A stretch of DNA of 64,000 nt from an uncultured Actinomycetota bacterium (GCA_963757925.1 CAVWTE010000004.1:46909-110908), one strand, 5' to 3'; shown: positions 19,715 to 30,389, counted from the first letter of the stretch. Translations and numbers: made by a program. The notes: a model not told the origin generated them from the sequence alone.

Positions 19715-19936
19715 CGCGGCTGGCGCATCGCTCTGCGCCTCAACGTCGGCCTCTCAGCGCTCGTCCTCATCACCGCAGCATCGCGGGTCACGCAACCTTT
19801 TGCAACTGGGAGAACTACGAGCTCAAAAGACCGAGCCCAGCACACTGTCCACTCTGTTCAGAGCAATCGCCGCCGCACCACATCGCGCGCGACGTGGACG
19901 CGAGGTCCCCTCGAGACGGCAGGCTCCGAGATGGGT

Positions 19937-20380
19937 TCAGGTCGTCCTGATTATCAGCACCGAGCACGGGGCGTGATGGGAGACCTTGTTCGGGACCGAG
20001 CCCAGCAGGAAGCGCTTAGCACCCGTCATGCCCTTGTTGCCGACGACGATGAGGTCGGCCTCCGTCTCCTCGGCCACGTCGAGGATCGCATCGGCCGGAT
20101 CGCCCTGGCGCGGATAGACGTTCACCGGCACGCCCGCCTCGCGTGCGGGAGCCGCCGCCATCTCCAAGGTCGCCTCGACCTCGCTGCGAGGGCTGATCGC
20201 CCACTGCAGGTCCTCTGGCGCCTCCCTGCGGATCTCGCTCAGCCTCTGCGCCGGCACGGGTTCGTAGGCACTGACGATCTGAAGCGTCGCCCCGACAGCC
20301 CTCGCAAGCTCCAGCGCCTCACGCGTCGCTTCGGCGGCAGTCTGCGAGCCGTCTGTGCCAACCACGATCGATTTGAACAT
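19937..20380 (-). CDS. Universal stress protein
   Basis: MFKSIVVGTDGS...GDPADAIL...DLIVVG..G...LLGSV....HHAPCSVLI. Confidence 0.95.
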   Translation of the reverse strand: MFKSIVVGTDGSQTAAEATREALELARAVGATLQIVSAYEPVPAQRLSEIRREAPEDLQWAISPRSEVEATLEMAAAPAREAGVPVNVYPRQGDPADAILDVAEETEADLIVVGNKGMTGAKRFLLGSVPNKVSHHAPCSVLIIRTT

Positions 20381-20657
20381 CGGAACCTCCTCGTGTGGAT
20401 GCGACCGGCCCTCGCGGGCCGGGGCGGATAGGGACCAGATCCGCCGCTGCGAGCGGCAGCGATCATAGCCGGGCAGGAGACCGGAGGCAGTCACCAACCC
20501 GCAGATTGGGTTTCTGATTTCAGCACACAGGGTCGCGAATCGGCTCGCCGTGCACGGTGCTCGAGGGAATCGGAGTGCCGGTCGGGTGGGAAGTGCCGCT
20601 TTGCGCCCTTATCTACCGCTTTATCTCGGTTTACATAAGTCCTGTACGCTGTGATCC

Positions 20658-21467
20658 ATGAACAATGACTCGAATATCGTAAGCACTGCGTCCGACCGTG
20701 CTGGCGCCTATGACCTCGAAGCGTATGCGATCGATGCTTACGTGCCCGAGCGCCTGGTCGACGAGATGTATGGAATCAGGGGCTTGGTGGCACTTCTGGG
20801 CAAGAAGGCGAGGCGGCGACTGGCGGGGAGATGGGCACGCTCCTCGGCATACTCGATCGCCGCTTGCTACGCCGGCATTGCTGTCTTCGATCGTCCTGAG
20901 CAGCATAAGGGAGGACTGGCGTTCGGTCGAGATTTCCCGCGCGTCCTGAACGAGCTCGGCATCGGACGCTGCCGACGCCTGTGCGAGTTCTGCGCCGGTC
21001 CAGGCTACATCGGATATTCGCTCCTGGCCACTGGATGGTGTCAGAGCCTCGCACTGGCGGAGATCGATCCGAGCGCTGTGGCCTCGGCAAGGCAGACCGC
21101 GGCATACAACAGACTCGAAGATCGCGTCTCGGTATACGAGTCAGATGTGCTTGACGCGATCCCCAGAGCGGAGCGCTGGAACCTGGTGGTGGCCAACCCA
21201 CCCCATTTCCTACCCGATCCCGATCAGGCGGACAGCCCGCTGCGATTCGATCAAGACTGGAGAGTCCACCGCCAGTTCTACGGCTCTATCAAGAACCACC
21301 TCGAGCCCAATGGAACGGTGGTGATGGTCGAGAACGCGGCCGGCTCCGATCCCGACCTCTTCGCGGCGATGATCCGCGCAGGAGGAGGAGAAGAGCGCTT
21401 GCGGCATCCGGGAACCGATATTCACGGCACGCCCAATGGGCTCTATTATCAGGTCAGCTCGTGGTGA
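20658..21467 (+). CDS. Class I SAM methyltransferase with NPPH motif (HemK/MTS-like)
   Basis: EFCAGPGYIG motif I; AEID; VVANPPHF. Confidence 0.85.
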   Translation: MNNDSNIVSTASDRAGAYDLEAYAIDAYVPERLVDEMYGIRGLVALLGKKARRRLAGRWARSSAYSIAACYAGIAVFDRPEQHKGGLAFGRDFPRVLNELGIGRCRRLCEFCAGPGYIGYSLLATGWCQSLALAEIDPSAVASARQTAAYNRLEDRVSVYESDVLDAIPRAERWNLVVANPPHFLPDPDQADSPLRFDQDWRVHRQFYGSIKNHLEPNGTVVMVENAAGSDPDLFAAMIRAGGGEERLRHPGTDIHGTPNGLYYQVSSW

Positions 21468-21503
21468 TTGCGAGAGCACACACCGAGCGAGACCGCAGCC
21501 GGA

Positions 21504-23612
21504 TCAGGCGGCCAGCCTCGCCTCGAAGACCGTCTGCGGATCGACTGCCGGGTCAATCGCCGTCATTGGCGCACGCGCCTTCAGCAGCGTCTCCTGATAC
21601 TCCTCCTCGGCGTCAGACTGCATCACGATCGCGCCGCCAACGCCGAGAGTAGCCCGCTCCCGTTCGACGACGAGCGTCCTGATCACGATGCTCAGGTCGC
21701 AGCCCCCGCTCAGGCCGAGGTAGCCGATCGCCCCCGAGTAGACCCCGCGCGCCTCTCCCTCGAGCTCGTCGATGATCTCCATCGTCCGCTTCTTTGGCGC
21801 TCCGGTCATCGAACCGCCAGGGAAGCACGCGCGAATGCAGTCCGGCGGCTCGACGTCCTCCCGCAGCAGACCGCGTACAGTGGAGACGAGCTGGTGAACC
21901 GTCTCGTATGACTCGACGTGCATCAGATTTGGCACGTGGACTGTGCCCACCTCGCACACGACTCCAAGATCGTTGCGAAGCAGATCGGTGATCATCAGGT
22001 TCTCGGCTCGGTTCTTCTCGTCGCTGCGCAGATCCTCGGCCAAACGCACATCCTCCGCGGGCGTCTTGCCACGCGGACACGTGCCCTTGATCGGCTTTGC
22101 CTCGACCCAGCGATCGCGTGCGATGCTGAGAAAGCGCTCAGGAGAGGAGCTGAGGACAGCGCACTCGCCAAACCGAAGATAGGCGGAGAAGGGCGCTGGA
22201 TTCACACGGCGCAGAGTGCGGTACAGCGGGAGGGGCTCGACCGCCAGGTCAACGGTGATCCTGTTCGTCAGGCAGATCTCATATGACTCGCCTTCGATCA
22301 GGCGCTGCTTGCAGGTCGCAATGTCTTGCAGGTACTGCTGATGCGAGCGGCTGAGCTGGAATGTGGGCTGCTTGCCCCCACCCACAGTCTCCTCGTCCAC
22401 GTCGGCAGGCAGCGGCGGCATCGAAGCGAGTCGCAGGCTGGTCTCGGCGATCCAGCGGTCGGCCCTCTCCATGCCATCGGCCTCCGTCACGCACAGAACG
22501 TAGGTGCATTGCTCCAGATGGTCGAAGGCTATGAGCTGGTCAGCGAAGATGAAGTCTGCGTCGGGCATCATGGAGCGATGTGCGCCATCGCCTTCGCAGT
22601 CAGCCTTCAGCTCGTATCCGAAATACCCGACGAAGCCGCAGTTGAAGTCGAATGGCAGCTCATCCGAGGCGCAGCGCATGTCGCGCATCTCACGACTCAG
22701 ATAGTCGAAGATCGACTCTTTGAGGACCTCGGGCCCCTCAACTCGATCGATTCGCAGCTCGCCACTGCCGACCTCGTAGGAGATCCTCGCGCCTAAAGGC
22801 CCGCCGGCTGCGCCCATGAAGGAGAAGCGCGCACGCTCGTCGACCTTGCTGCTGTCAAGCCAGAAGGCCGCCTCGCTGCTGCCGTAGAGATTGACGAATG
22901 CCCGCTCGGGGTCGTACAGCGTGTCGAGTCTCTTGAACCGCAGGGTCAGCTTCGCGCGTCCAGCAGCAGTGCGCCGCCCGCTTGACTGACCGTCTGACTC
23001 GGCGCCGGCCGCACAAGCGCCGGCACTTTGCCTGTTGGCCCTGGTCAGGTCGCGAAAGTTGGCAAGCAACCGCCGTCCATACTCGGTGCAGATCGACTCA
23101 GGATGGAACTGAACCCCCCAACGCGGCAGCCTCCGATGGGCAACTGCCATCACCACTCCGTCACTTGTTCGCGCGATGGCCTCCAACTCGTCCGGCAGGG
23201 GCTGCTCGACGCAGAGGGAGTGGTACCGAACGGCCTGGAACTCCGTGGGAATGCCGGCAAATAGTGGCGATCCATCGTGGAGCACCGCGCTGATCCGCCC
23301 GTGCATCACCTCGGGCGCCGGCAGCACCTTGCCGCCATAGACCCAGACCAGGCCCTGGTGCCCCAGACAGACGCCGAGCAGTGGAGCCTCCGCCTCCCTT
23401 ATGACTTCGGCGCATACGCCGAAGTCTCCGTCGTGATCGGGACTTCCCGGTCCGGGAGAGATCACGATGTTGTCGAACTCCAACCGCTTCAGGTCATCCC
23501 AGTCGGCGTCGTCGTTGCGGACGACCATCGGCTCTTCGCCGTTCGCCTCCGCAAGTAGCTGGAAGAGGTTGTAGGTAAAGGAGTCGTAGTTGTCGATCAG
23601 CAGAGTCTTCAA
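21504..23612 (-). CDS. pabAB: Fused aminodeoxychorismate synthase (PabA-PabB)
   Basis: LIDNYDSFTYNL, SPGPG, GVCLGHQ, QFHPES, then FWLDSS, SSSPERFL, KPIKGT, AENLMITDLLRND, FPGGSMTGAPK. Confidence 0.93.
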   Translation of the reverse strand: MKTLLIDNYDSFTYNLFQLLAEANGEEPMVVRNDDADWDDLKRLEFDNIVISPGPGSPDHDGDFGVCAEVIREAEAPLLGVCLGHQGLVWVYGGKVLPAPEVMHGRISAVLHDGSPLFAGIPTEFQAVRYHSLCVEQPLPDELEAIARTSDGVVMAVAHRRLPRWGVQFHPESICTEYGRRLLANFRDLTRANRQSAGACAAGAESDGQSSGRRTAAGRAKLTLRFKRLDTLYDPERAFVNLYGSSEAAFWLDSSKVDERARFSFMGAAGGPLGARISYEVGSGELRIDRVEGPEVLKESIFDYLSREMRDMRCASDELPFDFNCGFVGYFGYELKADCEGDGAHRSMMPDADFIFADQLIAFDHLEQCTYVLCVTEADGMERADRWIAETSLRLASMPPLPADVDEETVGGGKQPTFQLSRSHQQYLQDIATCKQRLIEGESYEICLTNRITVDLAVEPLPLYRTLRRVNPAPFSAYLRFGECAVLSSSPERFLSIARDRWVEAKPIKGTCPRGKTPAEDVRLAEDLRSDEKNRAENLMITDLLRNDLGVVCEVGTVHVPNLMHVESYETVHQLVSTVRGLLREDVEPPDCIRACFPGGSMTGAPKKRTMEIIDELEGEARGVYSGAIGYLGLSGGCDLSIVIRTLVVERERATLGVGGAIVMQSDAEEEYQETLLKARAPMTAIDPAVDPQTVFEARLAA

Positions 23613-25102
23613 ACCAGATACTTCCTGAGAACCTTGCCCACAGCACTCCGTGGTATCTCGTCTCGGAATTCGACGGTGCGCGGGACCTTGAAGTTGGCCA
23701 ACCGCTCGCGACAGAAGGAGATCAGCTCGCCTTCCTCGCAGTCATCGCTCGGCACCACGACGGCCTTCACTGTTTCCTCTCCCTCGAGCTCTCCCTCCAG
23801 GCCAACGACTATCGCCTCGCTCACACATGGATGGGCGACCAGCACGTCCTGTACCTCGATCGGATCGATCTTGTAGCCACCGACCTGGATCAGCAACTTC
23901 TTACGTCCTTCCAGGTAGAGCAATCCCTCCTCGTCGCGCCGCCCGAGATCGCCGGTGAAGTAGCGCCCCTGCCGAAATGCTTCCCGGCTCGCCTGGTCGG
24001 CTTCGGCGTAGCCGGAGCCGACCGCGGGGCTGGATACCACGACCTCACCGGTCTCGCCGGGCGGCAGCGAGGCGCCGTCATCGTCGACGATCTCGACCGT
24101 AACGCCCGGCAGCGGCGGACCCACCGACTCGAACGTGTCGACCGGATCTGGGCTGAGGTTGGCGGAGACCATGCCCGTCTCCGTGCTGCCGTAAAGCTGG
24201 CGCACCAACACCCCGAAGCGCTCGCCGAAAGCCTCGAAGGTCGGTCGCGGCAACGCCGTCCCAGCTGAGAAGCAAAGCCTCACCGAGGAGAGATCGGCTG
24301 CCACCGGCGCCTCTGCCATCAGGCGAAAGTTGAAGGGCACGCCAGGCAGGATCGTGACTCGCTCGCGCTCGATCAGTTCCAGTGCGTGGCGACGCCGAAG
24401 CAGGAACGGCTGCGGGTCCTCGAGGATCACGAGCGTGGCGCCGGACACCGCCGCGGCGAACAGGGTGGCGCCCATGCCGTAAGTGTGGTACATCGGGGCC
24501 GTGCTGAATATCCGATCCTCGGCGACCAAGCCAAGGGCATGATAGAGCCAGGCCTCGGCGGTGCATTGGGCATGGGTGCGCGGCACGCGCTTCGGCCGTC
24601 CGGTCGAGCCGGATGAGAATTGATAAACGAAGGTCTCCTCGCCGGATCGCGGAGCAAGGCGCGCAGCCTCCCCTTCCTCCAGCAGAGCATCAAGCGTGTG
24701 CGTCTGGCCGTGCGCGGCGCTGGTGCCGATCACCTCGACCTTGTGCTCCAGGCCAGCGGCGATCCGCTCGCAAACCCCACTCGCCCGCTCGTCGCTGATC
24801 ACAGCCGCAATCCCGGCGCTGCGAAAATAGAACTCGAGCTCAGCCTGTTTGAAAGCCGGGCTGACCGGCACGACGACCGCGCCGAGCGCAGTGATCGCGT
24901 GAAAGCAGGTGACGAACCAAGGATCGTCGCGAAGCACCAGCGCAACCGCATCGCCGGGTCCTATCCCGCGCCGCGAGAGCCCACTCGCAATGCGCTCGAT
25001 CCGGTCGACCAGCGCAGAGAGCGTGACGCGTTGCTCGCCATAGACGAGCGCCGTGTGGTCAGGCCGCGCCTGCGCCTGCTCGTAGAGGAGCTGCATCAAC
25101 AT
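23609..25102 (-). CDS. ANL-superfamily adenylating enzyme (acyl/aryl-CoA or -ACP ligase)
   Basis: FSSGSTGRPK, LYGSTE, YFTGDLG, GRKK, RSAVGKV; stop overlaps the pabAB start. Confidence 0.92.
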   Translation of the reverse strand: MLMQLLYEQAQARPDHTALVYGEQRVTLSALVDRIERIASGLSRRGIGPGDAVALVLRDDPWFVTCFHAITALGAVVVPVSPAFKQAELEFYFRSAGIAAVISDERASGVCERIAAGLEHKVEVIGTSAAHGQTHTLDALLEEGEAARLAPRSGEETFVYQFSSGSTGRPKRVPRTHAQCTAEAWLYHALGLVAEDRIFSTAPMYHTYGMGATLFAAAVSGATLVILEDPQPFLLRRRHALELIERERVTILPGVPFNFRLMAEAPVAADLSSVRLCFSAGTALPRPTFEAFGERFGVLVRQLYGSTETGMVSANLSPDPVDTFESVGPPLPGVTVEIVDDDGASLPPGETGEVVVSSPAVGSGYAEADQASREAFRQGRYFTGDLGRRDEEGLLYLEGRKKLLIQVGGYKIDPIEVQDVLVAHPCVSEAIVVGLEGELEGEETVKAVVVPSDDCEEGELISFCRERLANFKVPRTVEFRDEIPRSAVGKVLRKYLV

Positions 25103-25108
25103 CGTCGA

Positions 25109-25354
25109 CTAAGCCCTCTTCTGCTCCACGAGCGAGACGATCTTGCCCACTGTGCGGAAGTTCTCTGCGTCGAGATCGCCGTCATCGACGACGATGCCGT
25201 ACTCCTTTTCCAAGAACGAGATCAGCTCGGCAATCCCCAGCGAGTCGATTACGTCGCCGGCAAGTAGGTCGTAATCGTCGGCGAATGAATCGATGTCTCG
25301 GCCTGAGCACAGCTGGTGAATTATGAATCCTTCTATCTCACTGCCAACACTCAC
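25109..25354 (-). CDS. Acyl/peptidyl carrier protein
   Basis: 81 aa, acidic, IDSLG phosphopantetheine site, ENFRTV tail. Confidence 0.92.
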   Translation of the reverse strand: MSVGSEIEGFIIHQLCSGRDIDSFADDYDLLAGDVIDSLGIAELISFLEKEYGIVVDDGDLDAENFRTVGKIVSLVEQKRA

Positions 25355-26034
25355 GGTGCAACCTCCTTCCTAGTAGGGCTCTCCCGAGGCCTCGGCTCGA
25401 GATCCTCACGAACGGCTCGCCGCGCGAGCAGAATGCGTCTGCGTCTGACAATCCACATCGGCAGGTACCCGCGCGTACTGTAGATCCAACGTGCCGGGCG
25501 GTTGTTGCTGACCACGTAGCCCCATATGCGGCTGTAGCCGCGCCCGCGGAGCGAGCTCTCGAGCTTGTAGAGGAAGTCAGCGGCGACGCCGGCTCCGCGG
25601 TGCTCCTCGAGCAGGAAGAAGTCCGATCCATAGACCTCCCCCTTGCCGACCGTGATGCCAAGCCCCAACTCGCGCAGGTCAGGGAACAGCGCTGCCTTGC
25701 CGCTGTCCACCCACCAGTAGTAGCCCGCGAGCTCATCGCCGCGATAGCCCACAAAGCCGGAGAAGCCCTGTTCCACGTAGCGCGTAAAGCGCCGATCGGC
25801 CTCCGGCTGACCGCGCTTGCGATTGAGCTCCACAAGCTCGGGCAGATGCTTCGGCCCAAGGTCTTCGAGTCGCACGACGTCGTCGCGCATGGGCTCGAGG
25901 ATCGAGTCGAGATCCTTGAGAAGAACGATCAGCTGTTCCTCGGAATGAGCGAGATCCCGCAGCCGCCGTCCCACCTCGACCGCCGTTTGGCGCGCCCCAT
26001 GCGCCTGCGCATAACGACGGAGCCGCGATTGCAT
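25351..26034 (-). CDS. GNAT-family acyltransferase
   Basis: FLLEEHRGAGVA, VVSNNRPARWIYSTRGY; stop overlaps the ACP start (GTGA). Confidence 0.85.
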   Translation of the reverse strand: MQSRLRRYAQAHGARQTAVEVGRRLRDLAHSEEQLIVLLKDLDSILEPMRDDVVRLEDLGPKHLPELVELNRKRGQPEADRRFTRYVEQGFSGFVGYRGDELAGYYWWVDSGKAALFPDLRELGLGITVGKGEVYGSDFFLLEEHRGAGVAADFLYKLESSLRGRGYSRIWGYVVSNNRPARWIYSTRGYLPMWIVRRRRILLARRAVREDLEPRPRESPTRKEVAP

Positions 26035-26059
26035 CGCCGAAGCATGGCACAATGCGCAT

Positions 26060-26833
26060 GTGCACGACGTGCTCTGGCCGGACCGGGCGATCGGGGTGAT
26101 GGAGACGCTCCTGGTCATCGATGGCTCCCCCGTCGAACTTGCCGCCCATCTGGAGCGGCTGGCCCATGCCGTCCAGGAAATCTTCGGTACCGAGCTACCG
26201 GCCGACACCCAGCCACTGACGCTCGATCGCGCCTCACGGCTTGGGCTCGGCCGCCTTCGCCTGACGATCGCGCCAGGGTCTCGGGGTCAGCTCGCAGCGG
26301 AGGTGGTGACCGCGACGGTTGATCCCAACGACGTCTTCCCCTCATGGGAACGCGCGATCGCCCTTCGATCGCTCGTCGTCCATCGGGGCTTGGGCGGCTA
26401 CAAGTGGGCCGATCGCGCCGGGCTTGCATGGGCCGAATCAAGCGAGCCGCGAGGTTGCCTGCCCCTCGTTCTGGACGCCGGCGGGGAGGTCCTCGAGGCA
26501 TCGCGCGCGAATGTGTTCGCCGTTGAGGACGAAGTGCTGATCACTCCATCCGCCGACGGACGCATCCTCCCGGGAGTCGCGCGAGCGCGAGCGATCGAGG
26601 CTGCTCACAGGCTGGGGATCGAGTTGCGAGAGCAACCGTTCAGCCTCGCGAGGCTGATGGCCGCTGGACAGGCATTCCTGACGGGCTCGGTGCGCGGCGT
26701 CGAGCCGGTGAGGTCGGTGGACGAGAAGGAGCTTGCGATGCCGGGGCAAGCCGTGCGCGAGCTCTCCGAGGAGATGAAGCGAATTTGGATCGGGAGCGAT
26801 GCCGCGCGGCGGTTAGAGGCCGCCTCACATTGA
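26060..26833 (+). CDS. pabC: Aminotransferase class IV, 4-amino-4-deoxychorismate lyase-like
   Basis: HLERL, GGYKWADR (PLP Lys), EASRANVF, ILPGVAR, AFLTGSVRG; next to pabAB operon. Confidence 0.75.
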   Translation: MHDVLWPDRAIGVMETLLVIDGSPVELAAHLERLAHAVQEIFGTELPADTQPLTLDRASRLGLGRLRLTIAPGSRGQLAAEVVTATVDPNDVFPSWERAIALRSLVVHRGLGGYKWADRAGLAWAESSEPRGCLPLVLDAGGEVLEASRANVFAVEDEVLITPSADGRILPGVARARAIEAAHRLGIELREQPFSLARLMAAGQAFLTGSVRGVEPVRSVDEKELAMPGQAVRELSEEMKRIWIGSDAARRLEAASH

Positions 26834-26924
26834 TGCCTACGGTCGGCGCCGGCTCTCCGCAGCGCATCAGGAAGCTCCAGACCATCGGACCGCGGGCCGC
26901 CTCTCTGCGCCCGAGCTCGCCGCG

Positions 26925-28004
26925 ATGCTGAAGACGCGTTTGCTGGCCTCCACGGAGCATGCCGAGGCGCAATCGGCATGGGTTGCGCTCGAGAGCAAGA
27001 TCGCCGACGCCGGCCTGATGTGCTCTTGGGACTGGACCGATACCTGGCTTGCTCACTACGGCGACGTGGTCCCGCACCGATTCGCACTCGCCGAAAGCGA
27101 TGGGGTCCCACGCGGAATTGCGCTGATCACAGAGCCGGCGATGCTCGGTAGGCTGCGCCCCCCGACGATCGCGCTTGGAACCGCTGGCGAGCCCGCAGGC
27201 GCATCGGTGTTCGTCGAGCGCAATCGATTGCTGGCTCAACCTGAGGATCGCGGCATCTTTGCGGCAGGTCTGATGGATCGGCTCGCCGATGAGGATCGTC
27301 GCTGGCAGCGGATGCGATTCGACGGCATGGTCCTCGAGGAGGCCAAGCTGCTGCTCGATGGCCGGACAGCAGCACGATGGCAAGTGGACGAGAGCCCGGT
27401 CGCAGACCTGCTTGCGGGCGAGGATGACGTGCTCAGCGCGCTGCCCGCCAGCAAGCGGCAGCGCGTCCGCCGTGCGCTTCGACATCTGGGGGATCTCCAG
27501 AGCGAGTGGGCGCAGACTCCCGCCGAGGCAGACGAGATGCTCGACGAGCTGATCGCGCTGCACACCGCTCGCTGGCAGTCCGCAGGCCAAGCGGGAGCCT
27601 TTGCCAATCCACGGTTCACTGCCTTTCACCGGGCGCTCATCGCGCGGCTGCAGCCGGCAGGGCGAGTCGCGCTCTACCGGGTCCGCCGTGAGGAGGAGAC
27701 CGTCGGCTGCCTATATGGCCTGGCCGAAGGCGACCGGATGCTCTTCTACCAGGCGGGGCTGCAGCGCTTTGAGGACAATCGACTCCGCATCGGCATTGCC
27801 GCGCATGCTCTCTTCATGCAAGCATGCCGCGATCGCGGGTTCTCCAAGTACGACTTCCTTGCGCCAGCAGACCGTTACAAGAACGATCTGAGCACTTCTT
27901 CGGAGCAGCTGATATGGGCCGAGATCGAGCGCCCGGGTACTCGCCTTCGCCTGGAGCGCACGGCGCGCCGGTGCAAGCGGGTCCTGACGCGCAAGAGCTC
28001 ATAG
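26925..28004 (+). CDS. CelD/BcsL-like tandem GNAT acyltransferase
   Basis: SWDWTDTWLAHY, LIALHTARW, FHRALI, FYQAG, YDFL....YK; typical of EPS-locus GNATs. Confidence 0.85.
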   Translation: MLKTRLLASTEHAEAQSAWVALESKIADAGLMCSWDWTDTWLAHYGDVVPHRFALAESDGVPRGIALITEPAMLGRLRPPTIALGTAGEPAGASVFVERNRLLAQPEDRGIFAAGLMDRLADEDRRWQRMRFDGMVLEEAKLLLDGRTAARWQVDESPVADLLAGEDDVLSALPASKRQRVRRALRHLGDLQSEWAQTPAEADEMLDELIALHTARWQSAGQAGAFANPRFTAFHRALIARLQPAGRVALYRVRREEETVGCLYGLAEGDRMLFYQAGLQRFEDNRLRIGIAAHALFMQACRDRGFSKYDFLAPADRYKNDLSTSSEQLIWAEIERPGTRLRLERTARRCKRVLTRKSS

Positions 28005-28050
28005 CAACCAGAGCCAACATCGCTGCCAGCCGCTTGCGTTTCGCGCTTCC

Positions 28051-28917
28051 TCACTGTGGCCGCAATCGTGTAGCGGCGTCGCGGGCACCACGCCGTAAAG
28101 CCGTGGGAACGTACGCTTTCACCAGACCGACCGCCTCTCGCGCAAGCCGCGAGTACATCGCAGGATTCGGCGCAGAGGTGAGAGCAAGGATCGCAAACAG
28201 CTTTGTCACTTCCCGCGCGTTGCGCCTCGCATCGAACGTCACGCCTCGCCCAGGCTCCGGCCAGCGGTAGGTCGCCGAGCGGCGATCGACGTAAGCGAAG
28301 CGCCAGCCATCGCGCATCAGCCGGATGTACACGAGATACTCCTCGCCCACCCGCAGCCACTCCGGATAGCCGTGCACCCTGCGTACGGCGTCGGTGCGCA
28401 TGGCCACTGCGGAGGCGACCATCGGATTTTCGCGATAGAGCAGGTCGAGATCGTTGACCGGCTGCAGCGCGCTGTCGCCAACCCACTCCGGTAAGCCGTC
28501 ATCTGGCGTACGCGACGAGATACGGCAGTCGGCTTCCAGGCAACCGACGATCTCCGTGTTTGCATATGCCAACCCCACGGCCGGATCGTCGAATGCCGGC
28601 AGCAGGTGCTCGAGGTGGTCGGGGCGCCAGTAGTCGTCTGCGTCGAGTTGAGCCACGATCGGCGCCTGGGCGACTGCCAGAGCGCTGTTGCGTGCCGCGG
28701 AGACGCCACCGTTGCGTTGCCTGCGCACGATGCGCAGGCGCTCGTCGGCAACCTCGCCGAGCACCTCCGAGATCGGCTGCGTCGAGCCGTCGTCGGCGAC
28801 GATCAACTCGACCTCCGACATGGTCTGAGCGAGCACGCTCGTGACCGCTTCGACGATCGTCGCGTCCGCATTGTAGGCAGGCATCAGCACGCTGACGCGT
28901 GGACGATCGGGCCGCAT
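28051..28917 (-). CDS. Glycosyltransferase family 2
   Basis: VSVLMPAYN, ADDGS, NGGVSAARN, LDADD. Confidence 0.92.
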   Translation of the reverse strand: MRPDRPRVSVLMPAYNADATIVEAVTSVLAQTMSEVELIVADDGSTQPISEVLGEVADERLRIVRRQRNGGVSAARNSALAVAQAPIVAQLDADDYWRPDHLEHLLPAFDDPAVGLAYANTEIVGCLEADCRISSRTPDDGLPEWVGDSALQPVNDLDLLYRENPMVASAVAMRTDAVRRVHGYPEWLRVGEEYLVYIRLMRDGWRFAYVDRRSATYRWPEPGRGVTFDARRNAREVTKLFAILALTSAPNPAMYSRLAREAVGLVKAYVPTALRRGARDAATRLRPQ

Positions 28918-28919
28918 TG

Positions 28920-30389
28920 CTAGCCGACCCGGACGCTGCGCGCGAAGATCATCCGACGAACTCCAGGGATCAGGTCGGGAGCGAGCAGGTGCAGCATCAC
29001 GAGATACATCGCCCCGCCGCCCGCTGCGCCGACGATGATCACGGGCCATGCGGCAGCGATGAAGCGGTGAGCTATGAGCAGCACCACGGCGAGCCCGGCG
29101 GCGGCGAGTACCGGCGGCCCAAACGCACCAAGCAAGCCGCGCAGCGGCAGGCGGAACATGCGGCGCGCAACCCCGAGGGTGACGATCTGCGCGACGATCG
29201 CGATCGTCGCCTGCACCCAGGAGATTGCGACTATCCCGTTGTGAACGAAGAGCAACGAGCCGACGATCAGAGCCAGCACCTGCGGAATCGCCAGAAAGAA
29301 GAGGACCGAAGCGCGCCCGCGGGACATGAACGCGTTGCCGGAGACCATGCTGATGGGCGACATCATAGCCCACAGGCACAGCACCTGTGTCGCTGTCACC
29401 GCCCCGTGCCAGCGGTCTCCAAAGATTGCGATGATCAGCGGCTCAGCCAGCACTATCAGGAAGATGGTGAGGGGCAGCACCACGACTGCTATGTAGCGGT
29501 AGGACGCAATCAGACCCCGCCGCAACGCCTCGGAATCGAGGCTCGCAAACGCCGGGAAGAGCACCTGGCCGGCGACGATCGCGATGTTGAGTATGAACAG
29601 GTAGGGGATCTTGGTCGCGATGGAGTAGAAGCCGAGTTGGGTCGCGCCGAGACCCCGTCCCACGACGAGGTTGTCGAACTGGGTTCCAAACGCGGACAGG
29701 ACGCTGATCCCGGTCACATAACCGCCAAAGCCCATCAGCTTGCGCAGATGATGCATGCCCTTCGGGCGCCGCGGACGCCAGGGCACGAGCCTCCAGAGCA
29801 GCACCGTCATGGCGATGTTGCCTGCGACATAGCCAAGGACGAGGCTCCAAACCCCTGCTCCGGCAAGAGCGAGCGTGATCCCGACGGCGCCCCTCATGAG
29901 CGCTTCGCCAAGCTCTGCGATCGTACGCGAGCGAAAGTCGATGTTGCGCATCGCCAGCGCATAGTGCGTCGAGGACAGGCTGAGGATGAAGAAGGTGCTG
30001 CCCAGCACCGGCATCACACGGCTCAGCGCCGGCTGATGAAAGAAGTCGGCTGCGGCGGGCCCGAGAGCCGCTGTCAACACCGCCAGCACCGCACCGAGAC
30101 AGACGCTGACGGTGAAGGCCGTGTCAGCCTGAGCATCGACGTCCTTCTCGTCGGCGATCACGAGCGCCTGGCTCACCCCCAGCCCCTGGAGCATTTCGAG
30201 AAAGGCCATCACGGTCGTGGCGACCGCGACGACGCCAAAGTCTCCCGGCGTCAGCAGGTGCGCGAGAATGGCCGTAGCCACCAACGTCGAGACGCGCAGT
30301 CCCAGGTAGGAGCCATAGGCCCAGAACATGCCTCGCAGAGTGCGAGCTCCAACTCCCTGAGCGCGAGTGCCGGCCATGACGATGCTCAC
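28920..30389 (-). CDS. Wzx-type polysaccharide flippase
   Basis: LAHLLTPGDFG, GAGVWSLV, DNLVVG..LG...LGFY, FGDRW; many TM segments. Confidence 0.92.
   Translation of the reverse strand: MSIVMAGTRAQGVGARTLRGMFWAYGSYLGLRVSTLVATAILAHLLTPGDFGVVAVATTVMAFLEMLQGLGVSQALVIADEKDVDAQADTAFTVSVCLGAVLAVLTAALGPAAADFFHQPALSRVMPVLGSTFFILSLSSTHYALAMRNIDFRSRTIAELGEALMRGAVGITLALAGAGVWSLVLGYVAGNIAMTVLLWRLVPWRPRRPKGMHHLRKLMGFGGYVTGISVLSAFGTQFDNLVVGRGLGATQLGFYSIATKIPYLFILNIAIVAGQVLFPAFASLDSEALRRGLIASYRYIAVVVLPLTIFLIVLAEPLIIAIFGDRWHGAVTATQVLCLWAMMSPISMVSGNAFMSRGRASVLFFLAIPQVLALIVGSLLFVHNGIVAISWVQATIAIVAQIVTLGVARRMFRLPLRGLLGAFGPPVLAAAGLAVVLLIAHRFIAAAWPVIIVGAAGGGAMYLVMLHLLAPDLIPGVRRMIFARSVRVG

Noticed and set aside
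17508-20431. Very long ORFs 17753-20431 (+, 892 aa) and 17508-19631 (-, 707 aa)
   Set aside because: Arg/Gly-rich shadow frames overlapping well-supported LacI, aminotransferase and USP genes; typical of high-GC DNA.
21504-25354. Conventional PKS/NRPS antibiotic cluster using PABA or p-aminophenylalanine
   Set aside because: No ketosynthase, condensation domain, thioesterase or PapB/PapC-like genes in the window.
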